Part shown: piece by piece, positions 38,730 to 50,792 of the stretch
How positions within the stretch are numbered: the stretch's first letter is position 1
How the letters are laid out: every line of letters starts with the position of its first letter
From: Chiloscyllium plagiosum
Lineage: Eukaryota
NCBI RefSeq assembly: GCF_004010195.1
Contig: NC_057719.1
Span: forward strand, 8,517,604 to 8,581,603
Direction: 5' to 3'
Length of the DNA stretch: 64,000 nt
The notes under the pieces: generated by a model
Databases searched by the model: none
What the model was told of the DNA's origin: nothing
The model's input: only the letters and a program-made list of their open reading frames with translations
Program-made: the position numbers and the translations under genes

Positions 38730-39895
38730 GTTGTTCAAGTTTGCTGATGCTGGGGTTAGAAATGAGGGAGTGAATTTCTGTGTAAACATATGATTTGATG
38801 GTGAGGGACTGCTGACATCTGTCTTTTTCTTAAAAAAAATATTTTTCCAAAAAAAAATTCCCCAAAAATTAAATTAAAAAAAATGCGGAAAACTTAGGGA
38901 ATCTTAAGTCTTAGGAGTTTGATCATCCTGTACCAAATATGTTTACTTTTTTTAAAAAAAAAGCAAATGTGAGCCCAGTAAAATATTTTTGCTATCAAAA
39001 TCTTTTGCTGAATATCTCTTTATATATCTGCGCTATTGTTTATATATCAATATATGTACAATCATACATATGTGTACATATGTACATATTTAAATATGTA
39101 GGTAAGCCTGAAAAAATTATGCTAGGTTAAAAAAAAAACATACACAGAAATTCTTTGATATCTGTTCTCTATTACAATGGCCTAACCCATGGCAAGCCTT
39201 AAGAGAGATAGAGAGAAACGAAAAAAAAAAGGACAAGCCTAATATTTGCAATAAATCAGCTCAATATCACTAGTTCGTTTGGCAGTGACAGTCAAAATGC
39301 TTCCGCCAGTGAACAGAAAAAGTAACTGGAGTGGGGAAGCAACAGAGAAAGGGGAGGAGGTTATCTCAAGGAGGGCAATCAATCATGTGACTGACGGCAG
39401 GCATTTTGGGGCATCAGTCAGATTAACATGGCCCCGGTCTATTACTAATTTCGGCTATCTGTAGCTGGGCTCAGCTCCGGCAGCGGCAAAATTAGTGCCA
39501 AAACGATACCATGTTAACTGCACTAGAGGTCCCATGGATCTGTGTGTTATCACCAAAGAACAGGAGAACAATTAGCAGGCTTAACGTGAAATCTTTAATT
39601 ATCCCCAGCATAAACATTTCATTCATCATGATGAGACTCCCGAGAGGAATCTGGGCAGTAATTTCAATTTGTCAAATGTCTTATTCCATTTTAAATTCCC
39701 ACTTTTTGGGTTCCATCATGTGGAAGTGGTCATCATTTAGATCTCAAGTTCCTCCTCAACTTCCTTCCCCACACTGGTCCATGGGACCTGATGCCTTGGG
39801 CTTGGATTCTGCTATCCAATTCTATCAGTAATTACTGTTCAACTTCTATCGGTTAATTATCTTTGCGAAAGAAGGAGCAAGCAAAAAGGACTGAC

Positions 39896-39904
39896 CTAAC
39901 CCAC
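39896..39904 (-). CDS. 9-nt alternative donor extension adding GGL
   Basis: TCAG|GTGGGTTAG|gtcagt: a second GT donor 9 nt downstream keeps phase 1. Analogous to GGL in NRXN1 and GRS in NRXN3. Confidence 0.8.
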
Positions 39905-39983
39905 CTGAGCTGGGCTCGCACTCATCGAGGTCCTCATCGTCACTTGCACACTCAGCTGAGGAGACAATAAGGTCATCGGTGAC
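39905..39983 (-). CDS. NRXN3: Neurexin cysteine-loop / heparan-sulfate attachment exon: [26 protein letters not shown](G)
   Basis: Acceptor ccccttttctcattgcag|GTC (phase 0), 79 nt, donor G|gtgggt. The peptide matches the neurexin motif DDxxVxSAECxSDDEDxxxCEPS. Confidence 0.93.
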
Positions 39984-40359
39984 CTGCAATGAGAAAAGGG
40001 GGAAAGAAATGTTACAGAAAATGTCACGTACTCATCCGACAATTTGAAACAGAAAAAGAGCAAATTTCTATTTATATAACCACAATACAGACAATTTTCA
40101 AGATGTCACATTCTATTTCCCCACATTCTGTATCTTCCAGACCTTCTCCACTGTAAACACTGATGCAAAATATTTGTTTCGGACCCACCCACCCATCTCC
40201 TGCTGTTCCACACGTGAATTGATGTGCTGATTATTGAGGAGTCCTGTTCTCTTCCCATTTACCGAGCAATCACTTCCCACCGACTTTGAGGGTATATCTG
40301 ATCAGGTTCTGGGGATTTATCCAGACATTCAGTACCGCCTCCTCCATAATATGGACACT

Positions 40360-40858
40360 TATGAAACTTGAAAGGGTTCAGAAAAGATTTACAAGGATGT
40401 TGCGACGATTGGAGGATTTGAGCTACAGGGAAAGGCTGAACAGGCTGGGGCTGTTTTCTCTGGAGTGTTGGAGGTTGAGGGATGACCTAATAGAGGTTTA
40501 TAAAATCATGAGGGGCATGGATAGGGCAGATAGACAAGGTCATTTCCCTGGGGTGCAGGAGTTCAAAACTAGAGGGCATAGATTTAGGGTGAGAGGGGAA
40601 AAATTTAAAAGGGACCTATGGGGAAACCTTTTCACACAGAGGATGGTGTGTGTGTGGAACAAGCTGCCAGAGGAAGTGGTGGAGGCTGGCACAATTGCAA
40701 CATTTAAAAGGCATCTGGATGGGTATATGAATAGAAAGGATTTTGAGGGATATGGGCCAAGTGCTGGCAAATGGGACTAGATTAGTTTAAGATATCTGGT
40801 TGGCATGGATGAGTTGGACGAAAGGGTATGTTTCTGTGCTGTACGTCTCTATGACTCT
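40360..40858 (+). mobile_element. CR1 3' fragment
   Basis: [13 protein letters not shown]...WNKLPEEVVEAG and tail. Confidence 0.9.
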
Positions 40859-40956
40859 AATCATCTTTCACAGACCGCACCTGGAGTATTGTGCACAGTT
40901 TAGGTCACCTTATTTGAGGAATGATTTAGTGGCATTGGATGCAGTTCAGACAAGGT

Positions 40957-41510
40957 TGCTATAGCCCAGGCCAGACCCCCCTCAAAACATATTAAGAACG
41001 TAGCCCAGACCCTAACTTTTCATTTTTTGTAAAGACAGATGTACAGTGGATACTCCAGGAGTGATGCAGCTGGTCAAATCACTCTGCTTTAAACAAAACA
41101 GAATTTACTTAAGTATTACATCTGAAATGCAAACAAAAGTGAACCGAATTTAGAATAACAACTAATTTGATAACCCAACTGAGACTTAACGAAGCTGTTC
41201 CAATCCCTGCAACGTCCCATAAACACACCCCTTGGCAAAAGATAAATTCAAACACGGGTTCTTACAGACAGGAGAGGATTCAGGGAGAAAGTTCAGGCAA
41301 GACCCCTGTTGAAACATGGAACCTCTTTTCACTGCAGCTGCCTCTCTCGGTGCCCGACTAAAACTAAACTAACTCAGAAAAAAAAACTTGAACTGAGAGA
41401 ACTGGCCACTCTACTGCCACTATTCCCATATCTGATACCACTGCCTTTATGACCCCTCTTGGAAAATACCAAGGACACCTTAACCTTCTTAAACGGGCAG
41501 CATTATCACA
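40957..41510. mobile_element. Solo LTR (554 bp, Gypsy-like) interrupting a CR1 fragment
   Basis: TG...CA ends (TGCTATA...TATCACA) and 4-bp TSD aggt (40953-40956, 41511-41514). Removing it restores the contiguous CR1 text ttcagacaaggttcactagattgatccc. Confidence 0.8.
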
Positions 41511-43584
41511 AGGTTCACTAGATTGATCCCAGAGATGAGGGATTTGTCGTATGAAGAGAGATTGAACAGTTTAGGCCTGAACCCCCTGGAATCTAGAAGA
41601 ATGAGGGGAAATCAAATTGAGGTATTCAAGATGATGATAGATGTGGATAAAATAGACGTGGAGCGGATGCTTCCTCTTGTGGAGCATTCAAGGATGAGAG
41701 GTCATATTCTTAGGATAAGAGTTAGCAAATGAAAGCAGAGTTGAGGAGAGACTACTTCTCCTAAAGGGTTGTGAATCTGTGGAATTCGCTATCCCAAAGT
41801 GCGGTGGATGTTGGGATAATGAATAAATTTAAGGACGAGTTAGACAGATTTTTAATTGGTAATGGGTTGAAGGGTTATGGGGAGAAGGCAGGAAAATGAG
41901 GGTGAGAAGCATTTCAGTCATGATTGAATGGGTCGAATGACCTAATTCTGCTCCGATAACTTATGAACTTATGAACTTCACAATGCTCCAAAAGATTTAA
42001 CAGCCAATGAAATGCTCCGATTGTCAAAATGTCGGAAATAGAACAGCCAACTGGCATGTAGCACACCCAGACAAATGACAACACAATAATGACTAGATCT
42101 GTTATATGTGCACTGTTAGCTGGAAAATAAATGATGGCTAGCTAGCAGGGCGAGTATATCTGCTCTTTGATATAGAATGTGGAATTGTTGGGTGGCTCGG
42201 TGGCTCAGTGGTTAGCATTTCTGCATCACAGCACCGGGGAGCAGGTCTGATTCCAGCCTCAGCTGACTGACTGTGTGGAGTTTGCGCATTCTTCCCGTGT
42301 CTGCGTGGGTTTCCTCTGGGTGTTTCGGTTTCCTCCCACAGACCAAAGATATGCAGGTTAGGTGAATTGGCCATGCTAAATTGGCCATCATGTTCAGGGA
42401 TGTGTCAGTTAGCTGCATTAGTTTAGGGTAAATGTAGAGGAGTAGGGGAATGGGTCTGGGTGGGTTACTGTTCGGAGATCGGTATGGACTTGCTGGGCTG
42501 AAAGGCCTGTTTCTCCACTGTAGGGATTCTATGATTCTATGTTCACCTCCACCTCAGAGACGAGGCCTCAATTTAACAAAGGTAAACTGATTGCTCAGAC
42601 TTTTGAGTATAGGACATGTTAAGGTTGTACAGGACTTTGGTGAGGCCTCTGAAAGTCATAGAGATGTACAGCATGGAAACAGACCCTTCTGTCCAACCCG
42701 TCCATGCCAACCAGACATCCCAACCCAATCTAGTCCCACCTGCCAGCACCTGGCCCATATCCCTCCAAACCCGTACCACCCTCTGTGTGAAAAGGTTGCC
42801 CCGTAGGTCTCTTTCATATCTTTTCCCTCTCACCCTAAACCTATGCCCTCTAGTTCTGGACTCCCCGACCCCAGGGAAAAGACTTTGCCTATTCACCCTT
42901 TCTATGCCCCTCACAATTTTGTAAACCTCTATAAGGTCACCCCTCAGCCTCCGACACTCCAAGGAAAACAGTATGGAAGGTTAGAGTTACAGCTTTGAGG
43001 CTGGGTAGGTTGGGACCTATTTCACTGGCATGTAGGAGGTTGAGGGGTGACCGAACAGAAGCTTATAAAATATTGAGGATTATAGATAGGGCTAATGGTA
43101 GTTGTTTTTCCCCTGGAATTGGGGAATTTCAAGACTAGGGGGTACATTTTTAAAGAGTGATTTAAAAAAGACACAAGTGGCAAAGTTTTTACACAGAGGA
43201 TGGTTCGCATATGGAACTTCCTAAGGAATTGGCGGATGTGGGTATAATTACAATGTTTAAAAGACATTTGGATAGGTACATGAATAGAAATGGTTTGGAG
43301 GGATATGTGCCAGGAGCAGGCAGGTGGGACTTGTTTAGGTTGGGATTATGGTCGATATGGACTGGTTGGACCGAAGGGTCTGCATCCCTGCTGTATGACT
43401 CTATGACTCCATGACAGTCCTGTCACCTGAAATCTTTGGCCCCAGATTATCGACCATTTTTAAATTTGTTCACAAGATGAAAATCTCCGCCCCCCCCCCC
43501 CCCCCCCTCCATTGCCACTGGGTCAAAATTCTGGAACTCCCTTCCGAACTGCACCCTGAGTCTATTTAAACCTCAAGGACCACC

Positions 43585-44750
43585 ATTGCTGGGAAATGAG
43601 GCTGGAGTAGCAGTAATGGAGAACACAGAAATGGCAGAGAAACTGAATAGGTACCATGCACCAGTCTTCATGGTGGAAGACAGAAGTAGCACACCAGACT
43701 TACAAGAGAGTCAAGGGGTAGAGGTGAGTGTAATGGCCATCACTAAGGAGAAGGTGCTGGGGAAGCTGAAAGATCTGAAGGTGGATAAGTCACCCAGACT
43801 GGATAGACTACATCCCAGGGTTCCGAAGGACATAGTTGAGGAGATTGTGGAAGCTTTGGTGGTGATCTTTCAGGAATCATCGGAGCCAGGAAGCGCCCCA
43901 GAGGACTGGAAAATTACTAATGTAACACCTCTGTTTAAGAAATGATTGAGGCGGAGAACAGGAAATTATAGGCTGGTTGGCCTGGTCTCAGTCGTTGGTG
44001 AGATTTTCAAGTCCGCTATTAAGGATGAGATTGTGGGGTACTCGGAAGTGTATGGTAAAATAGGACTAAGTCAGCATAGCTTCGACAAGTTGGGGGGGGT
44101 GGTCATCACACCTGACAAATCTGTTAGAATTCTTTAAGGAGGTAATGAGTTAGACAAAGGAGAGCCAGTAGGCATAAACCATTTGGATTTCCAGAAAGCC
44201 TTTGACAAAGTTCCACACAGTAGGCTGCCAAATAAAATAAGAGCCCGTGGCCTTAGGGCACGGTGCCAGCATGGATAAAGGATTCATTGACTGGCGGAAG
44301 GCAGAGGGTGGGGATAAAGGGGTCTTTTTCAGGATGGCAACTAGTGACTAGTGGACTTCTGCAGTGGTCAATGTTGCGACCACAACAATTCACGTTGTAT
44401 ATTGATGAAGGGACTGAGGTCATTGTTGCTAAGTTTGCAGATGGCACAAAGATAGGTGGAGGAAGAGGTAGTGTTGAGGAAGTGGGGAGGCTGCAGAAGG
44501 ACTTGGACATGCCAAGAGAGTGGGCAAAGAAGTAGCATGTGGAACATGATGTGGAAAAGGGTGCGGTTATGCACTTTGGTAGGAAGAATCGAGGCATCGA
44601 CTATTTTCTAGACGGGAAAGGCTTTGGAAATCTGAAGCACAAATGAACTTGGGAGTTCTCATTCAGGATTCTCTTTAGATTCAGTTGGCAGTTAGGAAGG
44701 CAAATGCAAAGTTAGTGTCCATTTCTAGTGGGCTCGAACACAAGAGCAGA
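43585..44750 (+). mobile_element. Decayed CR1 LINE RT fragment (older subfamily)
   Basis: LKVDKSPRLDRLHPRV, GNYRLVGLVS, KFADGTKIGG with stops and frameshifts. Confidence 0.85.
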
Positions 44751-44869
44751 GATGTGGTTTGGCTTTGCCTAAGGGTCACCACATCTCAGGTGAGGGGCTA
44801 GGCTTGGAAGGTGCAGCATTCATGGTAACCTCAGCCAATGTGGGAATTGGGAAAAAAAAGCCTAGTGCA

Positions 44870-45495
44870 TGCTTATCTTCATTGGAAGGGGCATTGCATC
44901 TAAGGATAGACAAGTTATGTTGCAGCTTTATTGAACTTTAGTTAGGCCAAATTTGGAATATTGTGGACTATTCTGGTCTCTATACGACAGTAAGAATGTA
45001 GATGCTTTGGAGAGAGGGTACAGAAAAGGTTTACCAGGATGTTGTCTGGTATGGGGGATTTTAGCGATGAACAAAGGTTGGATAGACTGGGTTTGTTTTC
45101 ACTGGAACACAGGAGGTTGAGGGCAATCTGATAGGAGTTTATAAGGTTGTGAGCGGCATGGATAGAGTGGAAAGTATTAGGCTTTTTTCCCAGAATAGAT
45201 GGGTCAGTTACTAGGGGACACAGGTTCAAGGTGCTAGGGGGGGAAAAGAGATGTATGAGGCAGGTTTTCACACAAAGGATGGTGTGTGCCTGCAACGTGC
45301 TGCCAGAGAGGGTGGTGGAAGCAGACACAATAGCAGCGTTCAGGAAACACCTGGATGAATACATGAATAGGAAGGGAATAGAGGGATATGGATCCTATAA
45401 GTGAAGGCAGTTTTAGTTTGGAAGGGCAAAACATGTTGGCGCAGGCTTGGAGGGCCGAAGGACCTATTCCTGTGCTGTATTGTTCGTTGTTCTTT
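44870..45495 (+). mobile_element. CR1 3' fragment (different subfamily)
   Basis: gagagggtacagaaaaggtttaccaggatg...gggccgaaggacctattcctgtgctgta tail. Confidence 0.85.
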
Positions 45496-46121
45496 AATCT
45501 GTGCTGTTGGGCACGACTTTTATTGCAAACCAGCTGTCCAGCCAATGAGCTAACCAACCCTCCCCTCTCCTCCAATCTAAGAGCAGCCCCCTGGTCCGTT
45601 AGGACTGTGGAACCTTTACTTAGTTACACTTCAAAAGCAGCTGATTGGCTATGGACAGCTTTGGTGTCACAAAAGGCACTTCGTAAGTGTAAAGTTTAAT
45701 TTTCTTCCAGATTGTGATGCTGATAATTCTCAGTTTAGCATAAAAACCATGCATGGCTGTTCTCCCAGGGTTCAAATCCAACCCAGGTCGAAGGGATGTC
45801 ACATTTCCCATTGTAATGCCAGAAGAATGGAAGCCAATTTGGCCACATCAGGTTCCGACAAACGACAATGACCAGAATGTATTCCGTTTGGAGATGTTTC
45901 TCGAGGGAGCTGTATTGGTCAGGGGCCCCCTGCACCGATACGGTAAAACATGGAGTAGGAGCAGGATGTAGACCGCATGGGTTCCTTTGAATAGCTAGCT
46001 TGGGATCCTTCCTGGGTTTAACGTCACATTCAAAAGCTGTGAGCCCAACAGTGCACAACCTCAACTCTGGAAGAACGGCCACTCCAGGCTGTACACTCAA
46101 TCGAGGTTTGAAATCACAAAG

Positions 46122-46321
46122 TGGGAAACAAAAAGTGCTGAAGATCACAGCGGGTCAGGCAGCATCCATGGAGAGAGAGCAAGCTGACGTTTTAAGTATA
46201 GATGACTCTGATGAAGAGTTAGCTTGCTCTCTCTCTCTCTCCACACAGATGCTGCCCGACTCGCTGTAATCGCTAGCATTTGTTGTTTTCAGTACAGATT
46301 CCAGCATCTGCAGTAATTTGC
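46122..46321. mobile_element. Older degenerate palindromic Penelope-derived element
   Basis: Inverted arms (cagcgggtcaggcagcatc / gatgctgcccgactcgctg), central ctgatgaagag and ccagcatctgcagta tail. Related half-copies lie at ~12630-12730, 16200-16302, 54580-54633, 55465-55618 and 55993-56074. Confidence 0.6.
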
Positions 46322-48166
46322 CCCCACATTCTCGAAGCTCCCCACTGGAGTCATGGCTGGTCAATGACTAGACTCATAATGTAAAATACAAGCATTAAGT
46401 TGTTAGGACAGATTGATCCCTCACTCATTCATCTGTTGCCTCAGTTGGGAACAGCATGAGGTAGACTCTTATGGAGAGGATCCACAATCCCTGGGCAGCA
46501 TTTCAGTCAGCTGGCTGCCTCCAATGGGCCTCAGTGTTCCCAGGTTAAGGACAGACCAAACCAGGAAGGTTTCTGTTGCTGTCAGCTTGAGTTAAGGGCT
46601 GACAAACATAGAACCTAGAACAGTCCACAGGAACAGGCCCTTCGGCCCACCATGTCCATGCCAACCATGATAACATTCTAAATTAATCCTATTTGCCCGC
46701 ACATGGTCCACAGTCCTCTCTTTCCTGCCTGTTCATGCTCGTTAAACATTGCTATAGTATTTGCTTCTATCCCCTTCCCTAGCAGTGTATTCCAAGCACC
46801 TACTACTCTCTCTGTAAAATACTGTCTCTCCCACAGTCCAAAGTTGTGTAGGTTCAGTGGATTGGGTGAATTGCCCAGTTGTGTCCCTGGATATGCAAGC
46901 CAGATAGATTAGCCATGGCAAACACGGGGTTATGGAGATAAGGTGGGGGTCTGGCTCTTCAGAGGGTTGGTGCAGATCTGATGGGCCACCTGACTCCTTT
47001 TTGCACTGTAGGGATTCTATGATTTAATGATTTCCTTAAACATTCTCCCTCCTACCTTAAACCTATGACCTGTAGTATTTTACATTTCCAATCGGGAAAA
47101 AGACTCTGACTATCCACCCTATCCATGCCTCTCATAATTTTATACACTTCTATCAGGTCACCCCTCAGCCTCTGAAATTCCAGCAAAAACATTCCAAGTT
47201 TGACCAACCTCTCCTCATAGCTAATATACTCCAATCCAGGCAACATCCTGGTAAACCAGAAAGGTTTCTGTAGATGTTGCCCTGAATTCATCAGTTTGCA
47301 GGTGTTGCATTGAAAAGTGACACCAACTAACCGATGATAAATTTTGGCTGCGCATTTTTAAGAAGTGTGCATGCTCAATAATAAAGCCAATTTCAATAAT
47401 TAATGAAAAACTACTACTTTATTTAATGGTTTTCTTTCTCTTCACTAATAGAATTTCTCTCCTTTTCAATTTTTCAGGGTCTGTTCAGTTTTGATCACTC
47501 TTTATTTCAATTTAATTCCCAGAGTTAGCTGCTGCTATGCTTGCTCCTGGGTGTGAGCAAAATGCAGCCGTGAGTATTATATCCATGTACCAAATCCACA
47601 CACCAGAAAAAAGAGCCTGGGATGAATTCAGAAGGTTTCATTGGTCTAGCAGCACGACCAGCTCTGTTTCTCAATTCTTACGACTCGGTAAGCTTCTTCC
47701 ACTGTTTCTTCGCAAGGACTTCATAATGGACTTTCCACGTTTTCCAATTTGAGATTTTTGCCATCGTGAGCATTCCCATTTGATCATCTCTATTTAGTCA
47801 CTTCCTCTCTCACTTCTCACTACACCTTGAGGATAATATCCACTCAGAGAACCATACAGCACAGAAACAGGCCATTTGGTCCAACCAGTCCACGTTGACC
47901 ATAATCCCAAACTAAACTAGTCCCACCTTCCTGTGCTTGGCCCATATCCTATGTACTTATTAATGTACTTATCCAAATGTAACTGTACCCCCATCCATCA
48001 CTTCCTCTGGAAGTTCATTCCACACATGAACCATTTCTGTGCAAAACGGCCCGTCATGTCTTTTAAATCTTTCTCCCCATCCTAAAAATATGTACCCCAG
48101 TCTTTAAATCCCCCACCTTATGGAAAAGACACCGGCCATCACTTTATCTATACCCCTCTTGATGAA

Positions 48167-48393
48167 GTAAAAACAATGACTGCAGATGCTGGAAACCAGA
48201 TTCTGGATTAGTGGTGCTGGAAGAGCACAGCAATTCAGGCAGCATCCGAGGACAGGCAAAATTGATGTTTCGGGCAAAAGCCCTTCATCAGTTTTTATTC
48301 CTGATGAAGGGCTTTTGCCCGAAACGTCGATTTTGCCTGTCCTCGGATGCTGCCTGAATTGCTGTGCTCTTCCAGCACCACTAATCCAGAATC
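48167..48393. mobile_element. Palindromic Penelope-derived element with hammerhead core
   Basis: 93-bp arms (48199-48291 / 48301-48393, 2 mismatches) and a 9-nt spacer; 14-bp direct repeat cccctcttgatgaa (48153-48166, 48394-48407). Confidence 0.85.
48297..48332 (+). ncRNA. Minimal type I hammerhead ribozyme motif
   Basis: AUUC-CUGAUGA-A-GGGC(UUUU)GCCC-GAAAC-GUC-GAUU. Confidence 0.7.
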
Positions 48394-50485
48394 CCCCTCT
48401 TGATGAAAACTAGAAGGCATAGGTTTAAGATGAGAGGGGAAAGATTTAAAAAGGACCTAAAGGGTAACCTTTTTCACACAGAGGGTGGTGCCTGTATGAA
48501 ACAAGCTGCCAGAGGCTGATACAATTACAACATTTAAAAGGATGGGAATATGCATAGGAAGAGTTTGGGGGGGATTTGGGCCGGGTGCTGGCAAATGGGA
48601 TTAGGTAAGGATATCCTGTCGGCATGGAGGAGTTGGATGGAAGGGTCTGTTTCCATGCTGTACATCTCTGTGACTCTAAGTGCTTGAGGCTTTCCTGAGA
48701 TTGTCAGAGAGACCACTCATCAGCAGTTGTTCCTTTTTGTCTTTTCAAGATAGCAAGGGACAAATGCAGAACACTCCAGTTTATCTGATAATCTCTGAAA
48801 AGGAAATGGTGTTTGTTATAGCTGTGCTGTGAGAGACTTGGTGGGCATGGCTCCCATATTAACAATGCGGTTGACCCTGAGCTGCTTTCTGAATGGCCTA
48901 TAACATGCCAATCACAGCTCAAAGGGTAACTAAGGATAGGCAATGAACGCCTACATTCCCTTCAACAAATATAAAACAAATCTCTGAACAGCAACTAATT
49001 GCCCCCTTCTACAGCAGCCCTTCCCAAAGTGGGTACCAGAAACCCAAGTCAGGTTTTGAGCTAAAGATTTAGGGTCATGACCTCCAAGGAAAGGGCCCCT
49101 CTCCCACCCCAAGACCCAACCCCTAAGAAACCTTTGCCTCCCGTTGCCACATCTCACTCAGGGGAGTGATCAAACCTCGAGTCACGGCTCTGGTGGGAAA
49201 AAACAGTTAGGGAAACATTAATCTCAAATTAAACTGAATGTTCAATGACAAAGATAAAGGAAGAGTGGATTTATAAAGGAAAGAGAGAACTTGTGCAGTA
49301 AGATTGGGGAAATATAAAGTTTGTTTCTAGCTGTCACTGCATTATATTGGAGTCAGGGTTTTGTTGATAAAGTGAACAGTGTATTCACATGCAGCTTCAG
49401 CCTGGCTGCTGCTATCAAACGGCTTGGATTACAAATGTCACTCAATCCGAGAAGATTAGCTCCCTGTGCTTGTTCAAAGAGAACCTTTCAGTAACAGCCT
49501 GCATTATACCAGCTGTCCAATTGGAAATTAAATCTGTATCACCGCATCAACCTTGTGGGCAATTGTTTTCTTATAATCTCCTGACCCTGGATATACACAC
49601 AGCATGAATTCCCTTGCCCTCCCCCGACATACAAACTTACTTTTATTGACTTTTTCCTATTGATTGTTTGGCAAGACTAGCATTTATTGCTCATCCTTTG
49701 GTACTAAGTGGCTTGCTTGGCCATTTCACAGGGCAGTTAAGAGTCAACCACAATGCTGTGGGTCTGGAGTCACATGTACTCCAGACCAGGTAAGGATGGC
49801 ACATCCCCATGCCTAAAGGACACGAATGAACCACATGGACGTCTATGATAATTGACAATGGTCATCTGCGAACGTTTTAATTCAAACTTTCTACTGGATT
49901 CAAATTTCACCATATACCACAGTGGGATTTAAGCCCAGAACATTAACCTCAGGTTAACCGGACTACTAGCGCAGTGATGTTATCGCTATGTCATCACTTC
50001 CCCAGGTCACCATGGTCATAGAATCATGCAGTCAAAGAGATGGACATCATGGAAACAGACCCTTTGGTCCATCTCATCCATGCTGACCAAATATCCGAAA
50101 ATTAATCTAGTCCCATTTGCCAGCATTTGGCCCATATCCCTCTAAACCCTTCCTATTCATATACCCATCCAGATGTCTTTTAAATGTTGTAACTGTACCA
50201 GCCTCCACCACTTCCTCTGGCAGCTCATTCTATACACACACCACCCTCTGTGTGAAAACTTGTCCCTTAAGTCCCTTTTACATCTTTCCCCTCTCACGTT
50301 AGACCTATGTCCTCTAGTTTTGGACTCCCTTACCCCAGGGAAAAGCGCTAAAAGTTATTGTTTAATTTCAGCTTCATTAATTGAATTTAACTTTTACCAG
50401 CTGGCATTGCATGTAGTAAAATCATGACTGATCGGATTGTGACCTTTACCCTTATCTCCTGTCTGTCCCACAAAACCAGCACGGT

Positions 50486-50792
50486 GGGCGGCATGGTGGC
50501 ACAGTGGTTAGCACTGCTGCCTCACAGTACCAGAGACCTGGGTTCAATTCCTGCCTCAAGCGACTGACTGTGTGGAGTTTGCACATTCTCCCCGTGTCTG
50601 CGTGGGTTTCCTGCGGGTGCTCCGGCTTCCTCCCAGAGTCCAAAGATGTGCAGGGTAGGTGAATTGGCCATGCTAAATTGCCCGTAGTGTTAGGTGTAGG
50701 GGAATGGGTCTGGGTGGGTTGCGCTTCGGCAGGTCGTTGTGGACTTATTGGGCCGAAGGGCCTGTATCCACACTGTAAGTAATCCAATCTAA
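50486..50792 (+). mobile_element. HE1-type V-SINE, full length
   Basis: Same head, V-domain and tail structure. Confidence 0.92.

Noticed and set aside
48199..48393. Long hairpins as miRNA precursors or DNA-transposon MITEs
   Set aside because: Dispersed copies, long variable TSDs, a one-sided tail and hammerhead cores fit Penelope-type retroelements better; small-RNA production cannot be judged from sequence.
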